From assembly GCF_036321535.1 (NCBI RefSeq), contig NC_087436.1, forward strand, positions 55,368,001 through 55,432,000: a DNA stretch of 64,000 nt, written 5' to 3'. Positions 1 through 13,420 of the stretch are shown in pieces. The position numbers were made by a program, and so were the translations under genes. Position 1 is the stretch's first letter. Every line of letters begins with the position of its first letter. The notes under the pieces are model-generated. The model did no database searches. It saw only the letters and a program-made list of their open reading frames with translations, and was not told the origin of the DNA. This DNA comes from Camelus dromedarius (Eukaryota).

Positions 1-2094
1 CCTGATGCCTCTTGAAGAGAACACTGTGTGATACAATGGACATCATCCCTTAAAAATCCGTAAAATTATTATAAAGGCAAACTTCATATGATGGCTCCTA
101 CAGCGTTCTTCAGTCTAAGCTGAACACATGATGCCACAGGAAAGTCCAATAAAAGCAATTGGTCAAGAAGCTGAAGCACTGAAATCTAGATGCAATTCTC
201 AGAGACACTGGCTTTCTCTAAAAGTACTATTCTCAACATAAAGGGTGATAATTGATTCAACACATCTTCCAAAAGCAACCTCATTAATAGCAACCATAGT
301 TTTTTGTTTCATTTTTATTTATTTTTTTGATATTGAGGAACAAAGAGTATGAGATTATAGTCTGTGGTAATCATAGACTCAGTAGTCATTCCATTGATTA
401 AAGACAGGCCCATGTGTCTTATAATCAGTTAACGGTGGTTGATATTTGAAAAGAAAATTCGATTTCAAAGCATGGAATTTAGTCTAAAGGGCCAGCCCAT
501 ACTTGCATGAGGATAGCAAGAGAAAATATTCAAGACCTGGTGTTTCCTTGGCAAATAATTCTGTATCTACTTCAACATAAAAATAAATAAGTGATTGATG
601 ATTTAAAAACTTTGACCACACTAGATGACCTCAATAATTTTTCCCTGAACCATTTTCATAGCAATATTATCAGTCACTCACCACGGCCTATAAACATTGC
701 ATTTTAAGCAATTTGACTTCTTGGTGAGCAATTAGAAACTAAGTTAGTTATAAAATATACCTTGAGGTAACTAAACATGGTAGCATGCTGGATACAGTTG
801 TTGGATATGAGCCAATTAGACACTGGAGAACTTGTGCCAAAAACTGATTTCAGCTGTAGAGTATTTGCTACTAAGTCATTCCATGTGACAGCAAGTGCCA
901 GCTACTAGATCATGATGTAAAGTCATATCATCAACATGTTGCAGAATGCATATGGCTTCACCGTCTAGAGCAGTGGCAACCATTCATAGAGTTTATCTGA
1001 GGGCTATGTTAAGTCATTAATCCAAAGCTAAAGAGAAAGGATGTTAAAAACTTTGATTTTGAGAAATTGGGATTTGGTATATTTTTCAACATTATATCAC
1101 CAGCAGTTTCATCAGTAATAAAATTATGTATTTATATGTTACACTCAACTACATCGTGTGCATTATAGTAAATAGAATTCAATATGCTGCTTGAAAGTGA
1201 AAGTTATATGGGCAAAGATATAATGGTGTAAATCACTTGAAGTCTACAAATTCAGACAAAATTTAGCATAATCTATTTTTTTCTGTTTTTCAACCACCCA
1301 TCCTTAGTGAATGTTTATATTTTGTCATGTCTCAGCAGAAATAAAGGCAAATATTTCCCTATGATTGAATCTGACAAGAAATACAAGAAGAGTAAAATAT
1401 CTAAATTGTATTTTTATCACTTAAAGAAAAAAATAATTTTTTCTTGCAATTGAAATTATTTTAGAATAAGAACAGTTTTCTAAATAATAGTTACTTTCTT
1501 ATGACTCTTTTTGTAAGTTAGAGGACATGACACTCAGATAAAAGAATCAAGAAAGTCTAGAATAGGATCATTTTCTGCAATAAACTTAAAAAATCATAAC
1601 AACTTGCCAGATATTATTCCTCATAAACAGTTATTTGGAGAGCTAAAATTGTGTAATACAGGCATAAAATTATTCATCTTATGTTGACAATGTAGAAAAT
1701 ACTTGAAATAGCTCATCATTCCCCAATCCCTTATCCATTAAGCCTAGACATCTATATATAGCCAATGAGTTTAACTTAAGGAGACTGGTACTGGGCTAGT
1801 CTGTACCAAATAATATCCTGACTGGACCACAATCCAGACTTCGTAGAATGAGGGGAAGTAGGTAAATAGAAAGCAGCATCTGCTCTGTCTCCTAAATGAA
1901 GCTGGTGTAGCAGAGGTTTCCATATGAATGATAATATTACGGAAGCATTAAAACATAATTGAATTGCTTTCAGTACAATTACCCCTGCAAATGTGCTTTG
2001 AGCCTTCCTATGACCTTCTGTATCTAATTGGCAAAACTTAGTAGGAGGATAGAAAAGCAATAAATACAGGATGTTCATCTCAGTGTTTCAGCCG

Positions 2095-2190
2095 CATAAT
2101 TGCTACTTACTAGTAATAAGTTTTCCTTTTATCATTTTTGGACCTCATTGTTGAGTTTTAAAAATAATCTGATAGTATTTATAACATTTA
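2095..2190 (+). mobile_element. Highly decayed MIR fragment
   Basis: 'tgctacttactagt...ggacctcattgtt...aaaaataat' weakly resembles the MIR core. Confidence 0.35.
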
Positions 2191-3689
2191 TGCATGTATT
2201 TATACATATATAACATGAATTCTATTGTATTTCATATCATTGAATAAAAAATTGAATTAATTTGTACTTAAAGAAATAAGTATGAATTTCATGTCATTTA
2301 TCTCTGAAAATCTTGGAGTTTTCATTAAATTATTACACAGATAATCTAAGATTCTGGTGTTAAGCTTTTTAAGAGACCTAACTGTGGAGCATGGCAGGAA
2401 ACAAACACAGCGATAAGCACTTATAAGTCTGTATGTTCAAATAAGTGTACTTTACTTATATCCATCTTTTATTGTAATGTTATTGGAGCCTATCCCACAT
2501 ACTGTCTACATGGAAATTCAGATTAGAAAGATTTGATTGAATTGTATGTCAAATATTTGAGATTCATGTGAAAACTCACCAAGTAACAGTCAAATTACTG
2601 TCTCTTGAATGTTATACTTAAATTAAAACTGAGAAGATTATTTAGCAAAATTTATCACTTTTTAAAGATAAATTTCATAACACTTATATGTAGTTAAAAT
2701 TACTCTAGAGAACCATTGAAAAATAATTATCTATGTAAAATGCCTGGTAGATACGCTTTCAATATTTGTTATCCTTCTCTGAACTGAAGAAAAATTTCTT
2801 ACTGATTCATATTTAACCAGAATTATAATAATTATTAATACAAATCAGTGCTAAAGCACACCCTTCTTCCTATGCCACGTTGATGCTTCTGGGAACTTTA
2901 ACTTTTGAAGTCATCTGATAATAATTCTTTTAATGGAAATTCTAGGTCTCTTTTTCAACCCCAATTTCATTCTTATACTTAGTGACTTCAGTACTTATCC
3001 AAGCCCAGTGCCTATGCAAGAATGAATATGATGCCATTACTAAAGTCATTAGAAAGTATTGAATTCAGACAGAGTCACAATGTCAATTACAAGCTCAGTT
3101 AGAAAAAGGATATGGATAGAAAACCGAGGATGCATATAAATAAATCACTATCCATTCTTTGTATAATATCCCAAATATAAACACTGAGAAACTCTAGAGT
3201 AAAACTATTATGCTGAGCTATAGATCCATTTCTTTTCTGCTTATATGTTAAAATATCTATATGATTTTCTGTTATAGGCTTTGAAACAGTGACCACTGGG
3301 CAGTGTGATATTTTACCTGACAAATGACTAGTGTAGCTGATCTTAATGTGTTGTGAGTAGAATAATATTGCATATTGTATAACTTCATGGCAATAACATT
3401 ATGCATATTCTACAAGATCCAATTATAGAAACTAGAGATATGGTGGTTTTTCAGTTACAGTGAAGTAGAAGTTGCTGCAATGCATTGGAATATGCAAATT
3501 TGAGTTCTACTTGAATGAGCTTCCGCTTAGAGACAAGTTTCCCACCAAGAACAAAAAAGCATTTGTAATACAATGATAACCCAGTGTTTTAAAGAATGAT
3601 CTGATACATTTTTTTAATAAATGAAAGCTCAGTTTTTTTACTTGTTCAGGCATGGACAAGTTGAACTATTTTGAATTTTGTCGTCTATG

Positions 3690-3830
3690 AACTACTGTCT
3701 ACTGAGTAAGTGATTTCTCTGAGCTTTACTTCTTCAACAAATGACAGCAATAATGATAGTAAAGTACTGTTATTATAAAAGCAATTAACATTAATACTGG
3801 GTTTAAAAAATGTATGAAAATGTTTTTTAA
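3690..3830 (+). mobile_element. Decayed MIR fragment
   Basis: 'actgagtaagtgatttctctgagctttacttcttc...ataatgatagta' resembles the MIR core and 3' part. Confidence 0.45.
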
Positions 3831-4314
3831 ACATCAGTTTTTATCTCAAATCCCTTAAGCTGGACAGAAGACACCACAAAACAAAGCTGTTTCAGGAAAA
3901 AAAACTACCTTGGTGTGAAAAAGAAGAAGATAGACAAGTGGAGAGAAAAACCAATGGAAATTTCTAAATTGTATCTTTCTATATAACAAGTCAATGTGGC
4001 ATCAGTACTGCATTACAACATTAAAGTACAGAAATAATATACAATAGGGATTATTTTTATTGTCATTAAACTATTTTAACAATTTATATGGGTTGTTTGC
4101 TCCTTGCTCTACAAGCAAACGCTAAGTTACTGTGTATGATTTTATATTATAAACCATATTCTATAAATCCAAAAAGTTATTTTATTATCTGAAAGTTAGT
4201 AAAACAACATAATACGTTCAGAGGCAGAATGTTACTAAGAAAGTACCTTTGTAAAAGCAAATATTTTGTTTTAAGAATCATATATTTATCTGTTTCAATA
4301 ATAGAGCGTATATT

Positions 4315-4666
4315 TGTCAGGATAATCTAGGTTATGCTGTGATAACAAACAATGAAAAATTCTCAGCAAAAATTCATTTCTTTTCCACGTCCTATGTTCA
4401 TCAGGGTTGTCTGGGGCCCTGCTGCATGTTGTCCTTAATCTTGGACCCATGCACACAAAGCATCCATCAACTGAAACCATCACTTTGGTAAAGAGAAGAA
4501 AACTTGGTGAATAATACTGGCTTATAAATCTCTGCCAGGAGGTGACACACACTGGAAAAAGCAAGTCATATAGCCACACTTCACTTTAAGACCATGGGGG
4601 TATTGCAGATTACTCAGTTCCAGCAAAGAGATTTAGTAATACTTGGTTTTGTGTCAATGACTAACA
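4315..4666 (-). mobile_element. MLT1-family (ERVL-MaLR) solo LTR, old subfamily
   Basis: Begins 'tgtcaggataatctaggttatgctgtgataacaaac', contains 'ggaggtgacacac...gcaagtcatatagccacac', ends 'aatgactaaca'; matches recalled antisense MLT1 consensus. Confidence 0.8.
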
Positions 4667-5044
4667 TAGGAGTACTAAGAAATCATATTTGACCAACAAA
4701 ATCTATCATTACATAAGTCTGGTTATCAGAAGATGATAGGCCAAAGTACATTACTATACACTCTGGGCTTAAACAAAAACAAACCAAAATATATCATTGT
4801 TATTAAAAAGCAAGTAAAACAGTATTTGAGAAGAATCACAGAATAACTTATAACTTACTAAATGTTATAATATTTTTATTATTTTGAAAAAATAAAAGAG
4901 GAGAAAGAAAAGAAAAGCATAATAACCATGGTTAAGTTCACCATTAACTTCCTTTTGGTTTAAACATGCATTACAAATGACATTATTGTAAAGTATGATA
5001 AAGCCAGAAAAATTTTTTGATGATTTTAATAATTAAGAGGAAGT

Positions 5045-5290
5045 ATTATTGAGAATGGATTGCCTGGATCCAGACTGCCTATATTTGATTTCCAGTTTTA
5101 TTATTTACTAGCTGTGTAATTTGGGGCCAGATATCTATAAACAGTTTGTGCTTTTGCTTTATCATCTGTAAACTTAGCATCATAATATAACTCAAAAAAT
5201 TGTGAAGAGTATTAAATGAGTTAATACACAAATGGCCCTTAGATCAGTACCTCTTACACTATAAGGACTCAGTGGAAGTTAGTTATGTTA
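5045..5290 (+). mobile_element. MIR SINE, near full length
   Basis: 'ccagactgcct...atttactagctgtgtaatttggggc...tcatctgtaaa...attaaatgagttaatacac' are MIR hallmarks. Confidence 0.85.
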
Positions 5291-5428
5291 CAATCTTCTC
5301 TCCCACTATTTAAAATAAAACAGCTGAAGCAACAATGATTTTAGACTCTACCCTTTTCTCTTACCATTTCAGCACACCTCTAGGGTGTCTGACGAAGAAA
5401 TAAGGCAAAAAGATGAAAGCAAGTTTCT

Positions 5429-5452
5429 GGGGGGGGGGGGGGAAGGAGGTGG
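5429..5452 (+). repeat. Poly-G run (G14) with G-rich tail
   Basis: Seen directly: G run 5429-5442 followed by aaggaggtgg. Confidence 0.9.
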
Positions 5453-5869
5453 AGATTTGCAGCTCCATACAGTAAGATGTACCATCCCTGAGAAGCAGCA
5501 CAGTTGGTGCACATCTGATCTGATTTTCTATATAGTATTTTGAAGTGCAGTTTGTTAATCTCTGTTCCCTGACTTCTCTCTGTAACATTTGGATGCACAC
5601 AAAAAAGAAAAATACAAAATTGTGTGGAGTAGGGGATGGTCAGTGGGTCATAGACATACTGGGAACAGAAAAAAAAATCTGGTTTGTGATGAGCGGTGGC
5701 ACAAGTATTACCAGTTTTGTTTTCCTAAATTTGGCCCTCTTCCCAATATGTCTATTTTCCTTTTACATGTAAGGAATTTTAAGTGTCCAACTTGATCAAA
5801 GTAAGTAGATTATCTAAAAATAATTTATGCAAAGTAATTTAAATATAGTTTCACAGTAAGAACTGTATA

Positions 5870-7480
5870 AAGTTGTTTTTTATATAAAACCTTGTATTCT
5901 ACCTTATCTTTGATTATATAAACTTTAAAGATTTTTTTACTTTTTTGGAATAATACAAATTCAGAAATTTGCATGCAAATGACACGTATCTGTGTACCTG
6001 TTCCCCTACTACCCAGGTCAAAAACCACCATGTTATTAATACTCTAGAGGTCCCTTTAGCCATTATTAATTCTGAATCTTTTTTTCCCTCTGAGATAATT
6101 GCTATTTTAGATAGATGGATAGATAAATAGATCAACAGTCTGATTAAAAATACTGTATATAATATGTATTTATAGATATAGATAATATAGCAATGTGTGT
6201 GTGTGTGTATATATATATATATCTATATATATAGTCAGATAACCTAACTTTTACTCCTTGCTTTTCTTTGTATTTTATTTTCCACTGATAATAGGAATCT
6301 CTAAAATTAATATTTAATTTTGCCTGTTTTGAATTTATACACATGAAATCAAACTATGTTTTCTCTTGTTATGTATAATTCATTCAATACTATGTAGATA
6401 AAGTTCATCCTAACTGTGTGCAGTTCTGGTTTATTTTATTTTGTTTCGTTTCAGTGGTGTTCAGCATAAACATATGACCACCAGTTATTCACTTTATTGT
6501 TGTAGACTTTGGGGCATACATATCAGTGATCTACAAATACTTAGCCACTTGTATCTGTTGAGGTTTGAATTGCTTGGTTATGTGTTATGAATAATTCAAA
6601 TGAGCAAGATAATGCCTTATGTTTTCTAATATAGTTATATTCATTTACAGAGTAGTATATGAAAATGTGTGACACCCTACATCCTTGTACTACACTTGGT
6701 ATCTTCAGATTTTCAGTTTTCCCATTGTTTTGAAATCTCATTGTGGTTTTAATTTACATTTTTCTGACAACAAAATTTCATATTGCTGGAGCAACACTTT
6801 TATATGTTTATTGGTCATTTTGATGTCCTCTTTTATGAAATTGGCATTCAAATCTCTTGTTTGTTTTCCAGCAATGTTGAATACCAGTGCTGGTAATAGG
6901 TTTTCTTGTTTTTACAGATTCCAAAGGGAAACATTTAAACGTATCCCCACTAAATAAATTGTTTACTGTAGGATTTTTCTAACTATAAATTACCAGCTTT
7001 AAGAAGTTCCCCTATATTTCTACTTGACTAAAATTTTACATAAACATTAACATGAATGCATTTTAAAATTTATTAAAAGCTTCTTTGTGAATCTGTTGAG
7101 ATGCTTATTAAAATACTCCCATTTAATGTTATATTTTCTCTTTTAATATGTTAAAATACCATATAATATGTAAATGTTATATGTAATATGTTAAACTAAC
7201 TTCTTTGAATATATTGCTAATTATAGCTAATATTTCCTTCAAAATATTCACAACTATATTTGTGAATAGAGTTGTGTAATTTTCATTGTGATTGTGTGTA
7301 TTGTCCTTGAAAAGTCTGATATTAGGGTCTTCTAGCTTCATAAAATTAGTTTGGAAAAATTGTATTAGTTTGGAATTACGCCTTCTTTTGTCTTATAAAT
7401 CTCACCAGTTTCTCTCTCTGGACATGAGGTTTTTGATTTGGGCTATTTTTTCACTAGTAATACATCAGTCAAGTAAGAAA
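5870..7480 (-). mobile_element. Old L1 (L1M-type) fragments, 3' UTR and ORF2
   Basis: Antisense L1 motifs such as 'ctcattgtggttttaatttacatttttctga', 'ttattggtcattttgatgtcctcttttatgaa', 'aagaagttcccctatatttctacttg'. Confidence 0.75.
6194..6233. repeat. (TG)n(TA)n microsatellite
   Basis: Seen directly. Confidence 0.9.
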
Positions 7481-7666
7481 CCTGGGGTCTTTTGTACATG
7501 AGTCACTGCCAAGTCAGGTATCTCTGATCCAGTTAAATCTGTATCTTAAATATAAGCTTTCATATTGATCTACAGTCAGTTGAACTCTTCATTTCAACCC
7601 ATTTTTCCAAACAATTGAAATCTTCTATACCTAGATTCTGTCACCTTACATATATAGTATACATGC

Positions 7667-8524
7667 CTATATTGTTTTTGTTTTACTACTGTAACAACTT
7701 GAGTCTCATACATTTAATGGCTTAAAGTAACAGAAAAAAATATTTTATGGCTCTGTAGGTGAGAGTTGAACCTGGGTCTCACTGAGATAAAATTAAGGCA
7801 CTTGCGGGACTGTATTCTTTCTCTAGAAACCCTCAGGAGAATACATTTCCTTGCATTTTCTGGATTCTAGAGGCCACCCTCATTCCTTTGTTCATGGCCC
7901 CTGTTAAAGCAAACAATGAGGCTGTTAGACTGGGGGCTCTAATGCTGTGGTAGCTACATAAGGAACCCCAAACCTAAGCTACAGTCAATGTACTCAAATC
8001 CGAGAAAATGACATTTATGAACACTCAATCACAAACAGCCAACTAAGCTTTACCAAATTAGGCAACCACTTAAGGGATAGCCAATCAAGTAATTTTTTGC
8101 TTTGGTTTACTGTCTTCTGTATAAAAACCTTTCCGCTAGGTCCTTGCCTGTCAGGTGTGCCTAACCACTTTCTGGTTGGCATTGCCTGATTCAAGTCAAA
8201 ATATGCTTAAATGAAAATTTGAAAGTTTTAAAGTTCTTCAATTCATCCTTTAACACTTGCTTCTATTTCCAAAGGTAGAACAATGCATCTCTCTGACTCT
8301 TCTTCCAAGGTCTCATCTCTCTGACCACAGCTGGGAAAGGGCCTCTGCTGTTAAGGACTCTGGTAATTAGAATGACTCCACCAGGATAATCCAAATAATC
8401 TCACCAGCTCTAAAGTCTTTAAACATAATCCTTTCCTCAAGTAATGTAATAGTCATAGGTTCCAGAGATTAAGACTTTATTAAGACATGGATATCTTTGG
8501 GGAGCAATTATTTTGCTTAATACA
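7667..8524 (-). mobile_element. MLT1D-like MaLR LTR split by a nested LTR (7902-8255)
   Basis: Left arm 'gggtctcactgagataaaattaagg...tctagaggccaccctcattcctttgttcatggcccc' and right arm 'ccaggataatcc...ggttccagagattaag...catggatatctttggg' are collinear with antisense MLT1D. Confidence 0.85.
7902..8255 (+). mobile_element. ERV1-class solo LTR, MER93/MER57-like
   Basis: Perfect 8-bp terminal inverted ends TGTTAAAG...CTTTAACA; internal CCAAT (8081) and TATAAAA (8120); similar to recalled MER93 consensus. Confidence 0.8.
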
Positions 8525-8559
8525 GTTCTTTATTAATAGTTGCTTATTTTATCCAGGTA

Positions 8560-9400
8560 ATAATCAATTTCTAAGTAGATATCATATGCCTATATAAGTA
8601 CTAGATCCATTTCAAGAATGATAGCAATGAATTGAAATCCCCTCCCAGTTCAGACTTATAGTGGATGCAGCTAATCAGTAAATAAACAGTTAACACTGGC
8701 ATAAGAAAAGTGTACAATAAATATTTCTCACTCGTGGTTTGACAAGCAAAACAGATGTAGTCTTAGCCCCTTGGATTTTGTTATCCATGGAAAAGATAAA
8801 CATTGAACAAATAGACATACAAAAATAATTACAAATATTTAAATATTCTATGAAAGAGAACACAGCAGGCCATGAAAGTGAGTAACAGGAATGGACTTGA
8901 CTTGGTTTGGGAGGTTAGAAAAGGTTCTCTGAGAAAGTACCATTTATACTGAGACCAAAATAGAATTAGTTAGGTAAGGGAAGGTAAGGGTACTGAGGAG
9001 TATTCCAGGTAAATAGAACAGTCTGAAATAGAGCACTGAGCTGGGAATAGGCTCAGAATATTGTGAAACTTTAAAAACAAAATGGGCTGGGTTGGATCAT
9101 GGTGAATGAAGCGGGCAGGTGGGAATACAGGAGTCTGGGAAGTTACCGAGTTTGGGGGCGTTGGAAACCAGGTGTGTCACAGGTGCAGTGGTAACTCAAA
9201 TGAGAACGTGAGATGTCTTTCTCTTGGGATGATTAGTGAAGGCATATAGGGATGGTCTTTCAGAAGAATTGACTTTGGAGTTTAATTTTGAGTAATGCAT
9301 AAGTATTTATCAGACATACAAGGGAAAGAATTACATTCTAAACAGAATGAGTAGCATACACAAAGGCAAGGAGGCAAGAATCAGCAGTTTTGTGCCATGT
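8560..9400 (-). mobile_element. L2 LINE 3' fragments (two to three pieces)
   Basis: 'gggaggttagaaaaggttctctgagaaagtaccatttatactgagacc', 'tattccaggtaaatagaacag', 'cattctaaacagaatgagtagcatacacaaaggcaaggagg'. Confidence 0.75.
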
Positions 9401-9759
9401 AAAACTTTTACAAGCATACTTTCTCAGTTGTAATTCATCTCTTCACTAAAATAAAATAAAACATCAAAAGGCTGGGGGCAGAGTCTGCATTATTTTACTG
9501 GAGAAACTTATCTAAATTGATATTAACCAATTAATCTGTCCTTTCAGGGCAAACTTGCTTAGCCAGCATTAAATCTACTCAACGGAGCAGGAAGTTTCAG
9601 AAAATGGGTCTTAATTTGAATTCTTGTTTTGCTAATGTATTTAAACAACATATTTAACCTCTTTGGACCCATTTCCACATAGTAATTTCTATAATTGTGG
9701 ATAGTCTGACATCTTCCTTAGCAGTGATAGTATATGTTGAATATTACTAATATATAGTC

Positions 9760-10110
9760 CATATTCACTTATTTTGTTTTTATTCCCTCCATAATATTTT
9801 AGAGTATTATACACAAAGCATTGTGCATTTGAAGATACACAGATTGCATACAGTTCTTAATTTTGCAGCATTCATAAGGGAACAAGCCATAGATACAAGA
9901 AACTACAAGAGAGAAAGGGATGTGCATAATTGGCATAGTCAATCTATTATTGGGGAGGTCAGAATCAGCAAGAGTTAAATATTATGACAGTTTTAGCAGA
10001 AGTTTTGGTCTGGATGAAGGGAAGAATTTGGGTCATTCAGGGAAGGGCTTTCTATTTATAGAGAAAACCCAGAGTAAAGGCCTAAAAATGTAAAAAGAAG
10101 AATAGGAACA
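9760..10110 (-). mobile_element. L2 3' fragment
   Basis: 'gaagatacacagattgcatacagttctt...gggctttctatttatagagaaaacccagagtaaaggcctaaaaatg' resembles antisense L2. Confidence 0.55.
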
Positions 10111-11224
10111 CCTGGGGACTCACATTCAGACAAACCATGAGGACAGCTGCCTTGTAAGTTTGCTGTCTCTGAGCAGTATTGAAGTCTGCTTCTGGAGTGT
10201 TTCTTGCTTGTCATTCATGCAGCTTTCTCTAATTTGTCTACTTAGTGTACAGATGTGATTTATGGATGTTTCTGTTTGTCACTAGGTACCTGTGTCTGAT
10301 TCTTTCTCTGGTTGATCTTTTATTATGGTTTATTCTTGAAGACTCAACCTTTACCTGTTGTTACAACTATCATTAAATAGACCAGGATTTTACTTCTTCA
10401 CGTATATATAGATAAGAAGAATTTTTAGAGAATACTGTTACAATATTTTACTCCTTGGGAAAAGAAGGATTTAAGTTTATTATTAACAATTCTTAGTTTA
10501 AGAATATAATTTTTAATAAGGTGGATAATCTTTACATATGGGCATATGTATTCTTCCTTTTTAATATGATTACAATTCTTTTCTCTAAGAGAAGCAATAC
10601 AATAGTTATCACATTTAAAGAGAAACAATTGTGAAAACATAGATTCTTGTTCATAGATTTGTCCTATAGTTGGGTGTATTAAGTTCTGTTTGCATATATA
10701 TATATGTCCATCCACAAATCTATGTGTGTTGGGGGGGGGACATTTGTGGGTGTGTGTCTTAAATGACATCTTGAGATCTGACTCTACTCTTAGAATTTCT
10801 TTACCACAAGAATCTCAAAATTTCAAGCAGGGGACAGAAAGGAGCAAGTTGAATTTAAAGAGGTGTCTCTACTATAAGAAAGCATTGAATATTTATTGAT
10901 CTCTTTATATATTTCAAAGATTGTTCTAGAAAGTTTACTTCAAATAACGCATTTGAAATGTATTAAAATCCTAGGATATAGGTGGTATTATTTTCTTTGT
11001 ATAGTAGAGAAAATAAAGACAATGGAAGCAAAAGTGAATTGCTCAAGCTCATGTATTTCCTTAATACAACTCTGGAGACTTGGTTTCAGAGCCTTAACAA
11101 CTATTTTTTATTTATTTTTCCTCCCAAGGTGAAAAATAGTTGGATATCAAACTATGGAACCAAGTGTAGGAAAGAGGAGGGAGGGAAAATGCACAACTTT
11201 CTTTTTTTCTATAAAATCTGTATA

Positions 11225-13200
11225 ATAATTTTAAATTTTCTGTGAAAACACAAAAGGTCCTAAATAGCCAAAATAATCTTGAGAAGAACAAAGCTGAAGG
11301 TATCACAAGCCCCTATTTTGAATTATATTACAAAGCTACAGTAATTAAAACAGTATGGTACTGATACAAAACAGACACATAGATCAATGAAACATAATAG
11401 AGAGCCCAGAAATGAATGTGCATTTATATGATTTATGAAAAATGAAACAAGAATATGCAAAGGGAAAAGACAGCATCTTTGATGAATGGTTTTGGGAAAA
11501 CTGAACAACTACATGCAAAGTAATCAAAGTGAACTACTTTCTCACACTACATACAAAAATAAACTTAAAACAAATTGAAGACATAAATGTAGGACCTTAA
11601 ACCATAAAATTCCTAGAAGAAAACATAGGCAGTACATTCTTTGACATCAGTCTTAGCAATATTTGTTTGGATATGTCTCCTCAGGCAATGGAATCAAAAG
11701 CAAAAATAAACAAACAAGACTATATAAAACAAAAGCTTTTTGCAGAGCAAAAGAAATTATCAACAAAACAAAAAGTTAATTTACTGAATGGGAGGAGATA
11801 CTTGCAATTGATATAAATGTGGGGTTAATATCCAAAATATACAAAGAACTCAACATAAAAAAAGCAAACAATCCAATTTTTTAAAAAATGGACAGAATAC
11901 CTTAATATATGTTTTTCTAAGGTCACACAGATAGCCAACAGGCACATGAAAAGGTGCTCAACATCTCTAATCAGGGAAATGCAAGTCAGACCACATGAGA
12001 TAACATCTCACACCTGTCAGAATGGCTATTATCAAAAAGACAGCAAGTAAGTGTTGGTAAGGATGCAAAGAAAAAGGAACCCTTGTGCATTGTTGATTGG
12101 GATGTAAATCGGTGCTGGCACTATGGGAAACAGTATGGAGATTCCTCTAAAAATTAAAAATAAAGCTACCATGTGATCCAGCATTTCCACTTCTGGATAT
12201 TTTTCTGAAAAAAAAAACAAAAAAACAAGAGCACTAAATTATATGCACCTCTATGTTCATTGCAGTATTATTTACAATAACCATAATACAGATAAAGAAG
12301 ACGTAAGATATACATTTTATATAATATATAAAATAGAATATTACTCAGGCATAAAAAAGAATGAAATCTTGCCATTTGCAACATTTTCAACAAAATGAGT
12401 GGGCCTGCTAAATGAAATATGTTGGACAGAAAAAGACAAATACCCTATGATTTCACTTTATTACTGAAATCTAAAAAACAAATAAACAAAATGTAACAAA
12501 ACAGAATCAGTGTTACAGGGAGAACAAACAGATGTTTGCCAGAAGGGAGGAAGGGTGGAGAGGGGAAAGAAAATAGGTGAGGGAAATTAAGAGGTATATA
12601 CTTCCAGTTACAAAATAAATGAGTCAGAGGTATGAAATGTACAGTGTGGGGAATATAGTCAATAACAAGTTAGTATCTTCATCTGGTGACATATCATAAC
12701 TAAACTTATCATGGAGATCATTTTGAAATGTACAGAAATATCGAATCAGTATGTCGTGTAACAGGAACTAACATAAGGTTGTAGGTCAATTATACTTCAA
12801 AAAACAAAAACTTGTAGAAAAAGAGATCAGATTTGTGATTACCAGAGGCCAGGGCTGAGAGTAAGGGGAACTGGATAAAGTGTGTCAAAAGGTATAAGCT
12901 TCCAGTTATGAGATAAATAAGTACTAGGGATGTAATGTACAGCATGATTAACATAATTAGCAATGCTGACTGTTATATATGAAAGTTGTTGGGAGAGAGA
13001 ACTCCTAAGAATTCTCATCAAAAGGAAAAACTATTTCTTCTTTTTCATTTCTTTTGTATCTGTATGAGATGATGGATGGTCACTAAACTTGTGGCCATCA
13101 TTTCATGTCATATGAAAGTCAAATCATTATGCTGTACACCTTAAACTTATACAGGGCTATATGTCCATTATATCTCAAAAAAACTAAAAGAAAAAAAAAG
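11225..13200 (+). mobile_element. 5'-truncated L1 (ORF2 C-terminus plus long 3' UTR and poly-A), Laurasiatherian type
   Basis: 'aatagccaaaataatcttgagaagaacaaagctgaaggtatcac...tacaaagctacagtaattaaaacagtatggtactg' is L1 ORF2; ends 'gctgtacaccttaaacttatac...tatatctcaaaaaaactaaaagaaaaaaaaag'; frameshifted. Confidence 0.95.
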
Positions 13201-13214
13201 ACCTACTATTCAAA

Positions 13215-13420
13215 ATTACAAAAAAAACAGGTAGTTTTAGAGTTCAGCTCTAGTTAACCTCAACAAGGTGATAATTCCAATGTCATTTAAACTATTCCAT
13301 AATAATACAGATATGACAATTTACAGTATACTCTATGATGCTAACATAACCTAAATACCATCATCTCCTGATATTACAGGAAAGAATACTGACAATATAG
13401 AGTAAATATGAAATAATCTG
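13215..13420 (+). mobile_element. Older L1 ORF2 (RT region) fragment
   Basis: 'gataattccaatgtcatttaaactattcc...ctctatgatgctaacataacctaaatacca' resembles the L1 RT 'FYEASITLIPKP' region. Confidence 0.65.

Noticed and set aside
1776..2078. 100-aa minus-strand ORF
   Set aside because: No recognisable domain or exon structure; a length expected occasionally by chance
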